Positions 49,765-57,743 of a stretch of 57,743 nt of DNA are shown here, piece by piece (the first letter of the stretch is position 1; every line of letters starts with the position of its first letter). The stretch covers positions 76,780,321 through 76,838,063 of the forward strand of contig NC_068985.1 in the NCBI RefSeq assembly GCF_001194135.2. Direction: 5' to 3'. A model generated the notes under the pieces. The model worked only from the letters and a program-made list of their open reading frames with translations, was not told the origin of the DNA and did no database searches. The position numbers and the translations under genes are program-made. The stretch comes from Octopus bimaculoides. Lineage: Eukaryota.

Positions 49765-50910
49765 AGAGGAGCCAGCTCATCACCACATCAGCAGTGAGGA
49801 ATACGGCTGGTACTGCAGTAGGAGGAGAGGGTTTTGTGTGTAGTGCAAGAGCCAATCTGTTAGTAAGGGAAATCATACTTATCTACTCGTTGAGGTGACC
49901 TTCAATGGAAGCTCAAGGCTGATAGCCCTCTCAGCCTATAGTCCAATGCAGGGGGACAGTGATGCGAATACAGAGGAGTTCCGTGAGGAAGCGTGTAGAA
50001 CTGTCAACACCACACCAGCTCATAACATCCTGCTTGTTCTGGGTGACCTCAAAGCACATTTGAGTAAGGAGAGCAGTGAAGATCCTTACTGGTACTTCCA
50101 TAACACCCACCAAAGTGGGACTACTGAGGGACACCCTGCAGGAGGTAAACTTGATGGCAACCAACCCAAGGTTGAGGAAGAATCTGGGGAAAATATGATC
50201 CTATGTTTCTGATATGCATCAGTCCAATTCCCTGATTGGTTTCATTCTGGTGAGGAAGAAGTGATAGAATAGTGTTCTGAACCCAGAACCAGAAAACTAT
50301 TTCAGTACACTGGGCAGTGTCCACTGGCTCGTTATGAGTAAGGTCCGAGTGAGCTTAAGAAAGAGTAAGGCTCAGCCTCAGCGAGCAATCTATGACTGGG
50401 GAGCTTTCAAGGAAATTGATAAACTACAGGTGAGGTACACAGTAGAAGTGAGGAACAGGCTTAGTGCTCTGTGTGGAGAGGCAGAAGCCTCTGTATAGAG
50501 TGGCAGAAGCAAGTGAGGTCCTGGTGACAAGGAGAGAGAAGAAGAGGAGGAACGTCTACTCTACAGACTCAAAAGTGCAGCTAGAGAACACCTGAAAGCT
50601 GCAAAAGACCAATTCCTTGCTGAGGAGGAGCAGAAGGAGATGGTGGAGATGATGGAGGAAGAGCTCTGTACTGCTTACACTGAGGCCAGAGAGGAGGCAC
50701 TGATGGAGAAGATCAGAAGTGTGGAGAGAGTGGTCGACGGGTCTAGATGTAAAGAGCTGGACAATCATCAATGAGATCACAGGGTGAAAGAGAGGGAGTT
50801 CGAGTCAGATCCAGGGAACAGGGCCCAAGGATAGGAAGAGAAAATGGCTAGGCCATTTAAGATCCTACTAGGAGAGCCACCTTCCACAACCCAGAACACT
50901 GGGGAGATCA
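49765..50910 (+). pseudogene. RTE-clade LINE APE endonuclease and linker remnant
   Basis: AVGGEGFV...LIALSAYSP...LLVLGDLKAHL...FILVRKK**NSV...SVHWLVMSKVRVSLRK...YTVEVRNRLSAL. Confidence 0.8.
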
Positions 50911-50931
50911 GGCATATAAGTCAATGTATTA

Positions 50932-51831
50932 CATGAAGCACGTTCAAAAACTATCCGACTTTATTTTTTTACGCCAAAACTAATGCCACGTCAGCAAAAT
51001 CCTTTGTGTGGAAGGTGAAGCCAGTCTCCTGCCCATGTGGAAAAATTTTTGCACTGGTATGCCACATCAATTACCAACTACTACACCTAGAGAAGAGACA
51101 TGTAGTGCGCACTTACTGGATTTTCATTTTCATCAGACAGAGATACTGTATCAAGTTTTGCCAAAAGCTTGGTGATACTCCAGATAAAAGCATCCAGAAG
51201 ATTAAGCAGACTTCTGGCAAGATGATGCCATGGGCAAAACTCAGATCAAGGAGTTGTATAATCACTTCAAACATGGCTGCACTTCAGTGGAGAGTGTGGC
51301 ATGCTTAGGCAGGCAATCTGCAAACTAAAACAGGGAGCTGACCGAGTTTGGTGAACAGCCATGAAAGAACATCATGTAACAATCCAGGAAATTGTTTATG
51401 AAGTGGGAATAAGCACAGAACCAATGCATTCTATTTTAACAGAGGATTTGTGCATGCAGACAGTATCAGTGAAATTCATTCCCAAGGTATTGGTAGAGCA
51501 GCAGAAACAACTCAGTATGGAATCGCTTGGGACATGCTGGATTGTGCAAACCACAAACTAGACTTCATGAAGACCATCATCACTGGTGATGGGTTTATGG
51601 TCTCTGCTCAATAATATGGTCATCTTGCATGAAAAATGACAATCCAACAAGCATGCAGTGCATGTCTGTACTCTAGACATAACAGCCAGAAACTGACAAA
51701 GCATACTGGCATGAAAATTTTCACACATGCACAAGAAGGGTGGCATCACTTTCCACCCAAAAAGATTTTGCCCACATGGTATTAGTTTTGGCAGGAAAAA
51801 ATAAAGTCGGATGCTTTTTGAATGCACCTTG
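50932..51831 (+). mobile_element. Non-autonomous mariner derivative with about 150-bp TIRs
   Basis: Ends gttcaaaaactatccgacttta and taaagtcggatgctttttgaatgcaccttg plus TA; reads QRYCIKFCQKLG...VTIQEI...VSVKFIPK...TIITGDG then is truncated. Confidence 0.85.
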
Positions 51832-52063
51832 TATAATGTAAATATGTCATGTAAACATTGAAACATCATCACTATCTTTCCAACTCTTGCTGCATTTCAT
51901 ATGGAATTTCAGGTCCTCCAAAGTCATCTTGTTGTATAAGTCAGCCTATCTATCTACTTTAGCTGTAAATTTGGTCTGAAAAATTCAATTTGCATGTCAG
52001 AAAATAAAGTAAATGAATGGTTTTTATGTAAAATTATTGTGTTGGGTCAAAAGCTTTGCAATA

Positions 52064-52246
52064 CATTATTTACAATTGACAGATATTTGTCCTCATCTTG
52101 TTTGTTGTTAACACAATGTTTTGGCTGATATACCCTCCAGCCTTCATCAGGTGTCTTGGGGAAATTTCGAACCTGGGTTCTCATTTCTAAGGTATTTTTC
52201 GATGTTGTTGTTGTTGTTGTTGTTCTTCTTCTTCTTCTTCTTCTTC

Positions 52247-52339
<93 letters not shown>

Positions 52340-52517
52340 TCACTGCCTGGAACTAAACTTGGAGTCTTGGGGTTAGTAGTCTGCACTCTTAACCACTACG
52401 CCATATGCCCGTGTTAACGCCGTATGTGTTAACAACAAACAAGATGAGGACAAATATCCGTCAATTGTAAATAATGTAAATAATGTACATAATTCCTCAC
52501 CTCTTAAATATAGAACA
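52064..52517 (-). mobile_element. tRNA-headed SINE-like element with hammerhead motif and inverted terminal copy
   Basis: Minus strand order: head ggcatatggcgtagtggttaagag (from 52409), (TAA/AAG/AAC)n, hammerhead, tail. Inverted tail copy at 52414-52517. Flanks gctttgcaata (52053-52063) and gttttgaaata (52518-52528). Confidence 0.8.
52110..52155 (-). ncRNA. Hammerhead motif, core mutated
   Basis: GACAC-CUGAUGA-A-GGCUG(GAGGGUAUAU)CAGCC-AAAAC-AUU/GUGUU; two G-to-A changes at CpG sites relative to the 8314 copy. Confidence 0.7.
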
Positions 52518-53205
52518 GTTTTGAAATATTTTGGTAACTAACTTGCTTTATTCATCAAATTACAACAAAAGCACTGTAGCATTTAAAGTAGAGGCCATCG
52601 TGTTGCACCATCTAAAGTCACCTTTTTGCCAGTTCTTTGGTCACACACAGATATCATTTCTTATCCTTTGAGGTAAAGAACTCCTCCACTGAAGCTTCCA
52701 CCTCTTCTTGGTTGACAAAGTGTTGACGAGTACAGAAAGTGAGCCATAGATCAGAACAAGTAGTAATCCAAAAAAATTTTTTTCTGCAATTCTAACATGC
52801 ATAAGCTATGGTTAAAGCAAGGGCCACCTTCTGAAATATGTTGTCAAATGTGCAGATTTCGAACACAAGGTGATGCTCTGCATCTGATGGAATTATGTAG
52901 AGATCATTTATGTTGAGTTCATTCTGGATGGTTGACCCATTGATGCCAACCTGTACTCCAAACAGCTGGCACTGTTATATGCCAATGTGTAGCAAAAATA
53001 CTGGGCACTAGATAATAGAAAGCAAACTTTTTTTGCAACAGGACAGCACAAGACCTCATACTACTTGAATGACTCGGAATAAACTCCAGGAATTCAAGGG
53101 AATCAAACTGATGCCACACCCAGCATATATTTTGAACCTAGCTCCTCCAGATTATTACTTGTTCCAATCCATAGCTCATTTCCCACACCTGTGATGTTTC
53201 ATTGG

Positions 53206-53923
53206 TGGATGTCAGAGCTAGGAAGCACCAATAAGTTGGAATTTCTCCATTTTGACAGGGATTTTTCAGATTTATTTTTTCATGGCACCCTTGGAAATGA
53301 CTGAAACATTTTTTTTATAAAAAACAAAAATTATTTGAAAGACTGCTTTTGGTCAATTTTATGGGCACTATTCATGATGATTTTGGGGGGCATATGCATT
53401 TTAAAACTATAGGAGTAGCCTTTCTGGTAAAAGAAAAAAAAAGTACATTTTTTCAGACAAAAAAGGTGTGTGATTTAAGGAACATTTGGCTGTTCTTTCT
53501 AGCATATCCCATGACCAGTAATGTTTAGGGTTGATAAAAATCATAAATTTTCAAAAATAAATTTTTAATACCATAAATAAGTTTATACTATTGATGGGAA
53601 GAAATTATTGAAAAACATCAATACTTGTCAGAGTAGCTAAATGTCCCTTAAATCACACACCTTTACACCTGAAAATATGTACTTTTTTTTATTGAAAAGG
53701 CTTCTCCTATAGTTTTTAAGTGCATAGTGCTAAAAAAAAATAATCGTGCATAGTGTCTGCAAAATCGACCTGGAGAGGGAAAGATAGCAGATGTAAATAA
53801 AATAATTTTTCAAAAAATTATATTTTGGTTAAAAAGATGTTCCAGATCATTTCCAAAAATCTGAAAATCCCCATCAAAATAGAGAAATTCCAACTTGTTG
53901 GTGTTTCCTAACTCTGATGTCTG
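53206..53923. mobile_element. Fold-back element or MITE, about 715 bp, almost fully palindromic
   Basis: About 300-bp arms (tcagagctaggaagcaccaataagttggaatttctc... versus ...gagaaattccaacttgttggtgtttcctaactctga); interrupts the mariner reading frame. Confidence 0.8.
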
Positions 53924-54149
53924 CTGTTTTATCAATCAAGAGGAGATGGAAGCTTCAGTGAAGGAATTCTTTGCTTCAATGGACAAGAATGGGTGTCAGT
54001 GTGTAATCAAAGAACTGGCAGAAAGGTAGCTTCAGATGGTGGAACATTGATGGTCCCTACCTTGAATGCTAGACTGCTTTTGTTGTGACTCAACAAATGA
54101 AGCAAATAAGTTACCAAAATATTGTAAAACTTTTGACTCAACACAATAC

Positions 54150-54365
54150 AATCTTTTCTACTCTAAGCACAAGGCCCAAAATTTAGGGAGGGGGCCAGTC
54201 AATTAGATCGACCCCAGTACACAACTAGAACTTAATTTGTTGACCATGAAAGGATGCAGAGCAAAGTCGACCTCAGCAGAATTTGAACTCAGAACATAAA
54301 GACAGACAAAATACCGCTAAGCATTTCACCCGGCCTCCTAACGTTTCTGCCAGCTCGCTGCCTTA
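54150..54365 (-). mobile_element. SINE family D
   Basis: Homologous to 43365-43585. Confidence 0.8.
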
Positions 54366-55572
54366 CCCAACACAATATAATGGAATATTGAAATATGAAC
54401 ACTTTTAATAAGTTTTGTATCACAAAATCAGGAGTGGCTTGGGGAAGATCAGTATGAAATGGGTAAGTTAATACCATAATGTTGTTGCTTGACCTTTGGG
54501 TCAGAGAGATTAGGCAGATCTATGATGAAATGCATTGCAGCTGTAGCCACCTTATCTTATGTTAGACATAATACATCTGGGACAGACACGTCTAATGTGT
54601 TTTTATTTTTATCAAGCTAGTAGGGTGTGATTTGCTGCGATGCTGAAAGCAGAATCATCACTGTGGAATTGATAAACAAGTAAACTAATTAAATTGCATG
54701 AGCTGAGTTTAATCATTCTCAAGGGAAAAGTCACTTGAAAAAAATTTTGTGAAATGTTTGTTTCCCATCTATTTAGTGTCATGGAGACAAGAAACAAACA
54801 TTAGCTCCAAGTATCCTTGTGATTTCATAATGTATTATTAGCTGATAATATTCAGCTAATAGGGAAGAGCTTATAGAAGAGTTTGATGTGTTCAATTGTC
54901 ATTTGACAATCTTAATGTTCAGGCTCTGAGATAGTAAATAAGAGAGAAAGGGTAAGTGTGGTTAAGTAAGAAAGAAAAACAACAACAGAAAAACACAAAA
55001 TTAAAACCCTACTTTCTCTTACTCACACACAGGCACACACACACACACACACATACAAGTGTGCTGATTAATGAAACCTTTGTTGCTGAGCTTAGTATAT
55101 AATATAATCATTTCAAACTTAGGCAGAAGACCTGAAATCTAGTGGAGGGGAATACTTGATTGCATTGACTCCCCCACCCCACCCAACCAATGCTTGACTA
55201 GTATTTACTTTATTAAATACAGAAGGGATATAAGACAAGTTGTCTTTAGCATCATTTGAACTCAGAACATAATGATCTGTATATGTACTACATAACATTT
55301 TGCCTGACTATCTAATGATTCTGTAAATTTGATACAGCAGTTTACTGGCATTAACATATAATATAATATATAAAGCAAAATATAATATAGTATTATATGA
55401 CACATTTATCAAAATCATATTAGTCAAAAGACAAAATTGTTGAAAAATCACATCTGTTAGAAATAGAAATTGATCCAAAATATAAATTGACATCAAATAC
55501 ATTAGCTTTAGGTTCTTGTGCACAGCTCAACACATTCACTGGCAAGCTTATTCCATCAGGTTTGGTTGATTA

Positions 55573-55771
55573 CAGGTAAGTTCACTGCCATCAATTCACC
55601 ACAGGGAAAGTTCACCATGAGGTAAGTTCACTGTGAGGAAAGTTTACTGAGAAGATATATTCATATTATCTCACCATGAATAGTTAAGAACTATTTTATT
55701 GAAAAAAAACCCCAGTGAATTGATAACAATGAACTTTCCCTACAATGAATTGATGATGGTGAACTTACTGG
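55573..55771. mobile_element. About 200-bp MITE-like element with repetitive TIRs
   Basis: gtaagttcactgccatcaattcaccacagggaaagttca versus tgaactttccctacaatgaattgatgatggtgaacttac; aagttcac units repeated. Confidence 0.6.
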
Positions 55772-56319
55772 ACATGGGTTTGGTTGGCTGCTACTCTTGC
55801 ACATCCATTCCATGTAATGCTGACTGTCTTCAGGTCATTTTGAATTGTTTGCTGGTAAGAGCCCTTCTGCCTTCCCTTTTATACCTGGCAATTGATGGTG
55901 CCCAAGATAACTACTACAAATACATCAACACACATATTTGTCAAGAAATATTCAGAGAAAGACATATTTGTTGAAAGATATATTTGTTGAAAAACATAGA
56001 AATAATTGAAACTTAAATTCAAGAGTGTAGAGAGCCATGAGCTTGGGTTGAATGCTACATTAGAAATATTCTAATTTTCTACCTTTTCAGGACTGTAATT
56101 GATTAATTAATTACTTAAACAATATATGTATGTCTACATATGGCACAGGCAGACCTGTCATCAAACTTTGGTGTCTAGGTGTGCTTCAGGAAATTCTGGG
56201 AGAGCACTAATTTGTAATAATACTAATGAGGAGCTTCAAAATATGTGTATCACTGTAATCTGAAGGTGCACCATTGAAGGGGAAGTGCTGTCCAATGCAA
56301 CCTCTTAGTGACAGGCATG

Positions 56320-56476
56320 GGAGCAAGTGTGGCTGTGTGGTAAGAAGTTTGTTTCCTAACTACATGGTTTTGGGTTCAGTTCCACTACTGGCACCTCGGG
56401 CAATTATTTTTCACTATAGCCTCGGGCTGACCAAAGCCACATGAGTTGATTTGGTAGATGGAAACTGAAAAAATCC

Positions 56477-56514
<38 letters not shown>

Positions 56515-56730
56515 CTTTGTGTCTGTGTTTATTCCCCACCACATCTTGACAACCAATGTTGGTGTTTACATCCCTTTAACTTAGATGTTCAACAAAAGAG
56601 ATCAATAGAATAAGCACCAGACTTATAAAGAAAAAGGGTAAAAAAGGGGTCAATTTGTTTGATTAAAATTCTTCAAGGCAGAGCCCCAGCATGGCTGCTG
56701 TCTAATGACTGAAATAAGAAAAAGATAGAA
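56320..56730 (+). mobile_element. SINE family A, full length, older copy
   Basis: gtggctgtgtggtaagaag...(TG)n...agcatggctgctgtctaatgactgaaa. Confidence 0.8.
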
Positions 56731-56949
56731 GATATGTATGTGTGTAAGTTCATTCATTTTATGTTCATTTTCCATGCTAACACAGTTTAGACAAATGATT
56801 GCTGGGGTTTTATTTTACAACCAGATCCTTTTCCTATTGTTAATCCTTACTTGTTTTTTAAGTAAAGAATTTCTTATTTCACACATCTTCAATGGTGCAA
56901 AGCCAACAGACAATTTGTTGACAAAAAAAAAAAAATGACAATAGACCTG

Positions 56950-57126
56950 GTGACACATAAAAAGCACCCATTATACTCCCTGAGTGGTCGGAGCTAGGAA
57001 GGGCATCTGGCCATTGAAACCATGCCAAATCAGACTGGAATCTGGTGAAACCTTACAGCTTACCAGTTCCAGTTAAGCCATCTAACCCTGCCAGTATGGA
57101 AAGCAGACGCTTAATGATGATGATGA
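56950..57126 (+). mobile_element. SINE family C / RTE tail
   Basis: aaaagcacccattatactccctgagtggtcggagctaggaagggcatc...agacgcttaatgatgatgatga. Confidence 0.7.
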
Positions 57127-57627
57127 ATGTCATTGCTAGTAACTGGTGATATTTGAAGAATATGTAAACACACACACACACACGCACACACACACATGTA
57201 GATGCATGAAGGATGACAAGTAGAGTTGACCATTGCAGGATTTGGCTGCAGAAGCTTTGTAACTTTGTGCTTTAAACTGTGGTGTCCCACACTCTACAAG
57301 TTCTTGCCATACCACTCTTGTAATAATTATTTTAAAAATAGGAACATAACCAGAATAGAACAGTAGACACTTGTTCTTGACTGATATTTCAGCAGTTGAC
57401 CTCAGCTAATTATTATGTATCCAGCACTTCTTTCTGAAGGTCATTAACAGTTCTATGGCATGAGTGTTTATAATTCTATAATTATCCCAAATAACTTGTT
57501 AAACCAAACAGTAAAGTGAGTAAAGTATACAGTCAATTAATTTTGATTTATATATTAGTTATAACTAAATTTTAGGTCTTCAAAATTTTATATTTGATTT
57601 AAATATAAAGGAAACATTGTTTTACCT

Positions 57628-57743
<116 letters not shown>

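Larger units (their letters stand above)
52037..54146 (+). mobile_element. Mariner derivative with about 250-bp inverted arms and two nested insertions
   Basis: TA-ttgtgttgggtcaaaag ... cttttgactcaacacaa-TA; 52518-52730 is the reverse complement of about 53925-54125; catalytic half reads KVMLCI*WN...QQDSTRPH...HPAYILNLAPPDYYLF. Confidence 0.85.

Noticed and set aside
52330-52409. Possible tRNA gene, likewise the heads at 33672 and 43951
   Set aside because: A and B boxes are present but there is no complete cloverleaf, and the sequence continues into repeat bodies; these are SINE heads
52121-52417. Poly-Leu, poly-Asn and poly-Ile ORFs
   Set aside because: Trinucleotide array inside the hammerhead SINE

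Overview
AT-rich, microsatellite-dense metazoan sequence with about 10 N-gaps. The SINE, LINE and microsatellite repertoire looks like coleoid cephalopod (Octopus-like) DNA; that is an inference from repeat style, not a lookup. I found no intact host protein-coding gene. The window is a transposon graveyard containing: several tRNA-headed SINE families; RTE LINE pieces (endonuclease, RT thumb, C-terminal C2H2 fingers, many (GAT)n 3' tails); a CR1/L2-group LINE end; CRE-like and R4/NeSL-like restriction-endonuclease LINE remnants; a decayed Ty3/Gypsy provirus; Penelope-like RT and GIY-YIG fragments; five mariner-type remnants, one IR/DR Tc1, Tigger/pogo, hAT and piggyBac derivatives; and Helitron-like repeats. 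The most interesting signal is three minimal hammerhead-ribozyme motifs (8314-8357, 24555-24591, 52110-52155). One sits inside a tRNA-headed SINE-like element that has a Penelope-style inverted terminal copy and an imperfect 11-bp target duplication. This suggests a Pol III, ribozyme-bearing non-autonomous retroelement that may use Penelope machinery. Several Tc1/mariner derivatives also have one end replaced by an inverted copy of the other. Internal boundaries of decayed elements are approximate, and all protein readings were made by eye across frameshifts.
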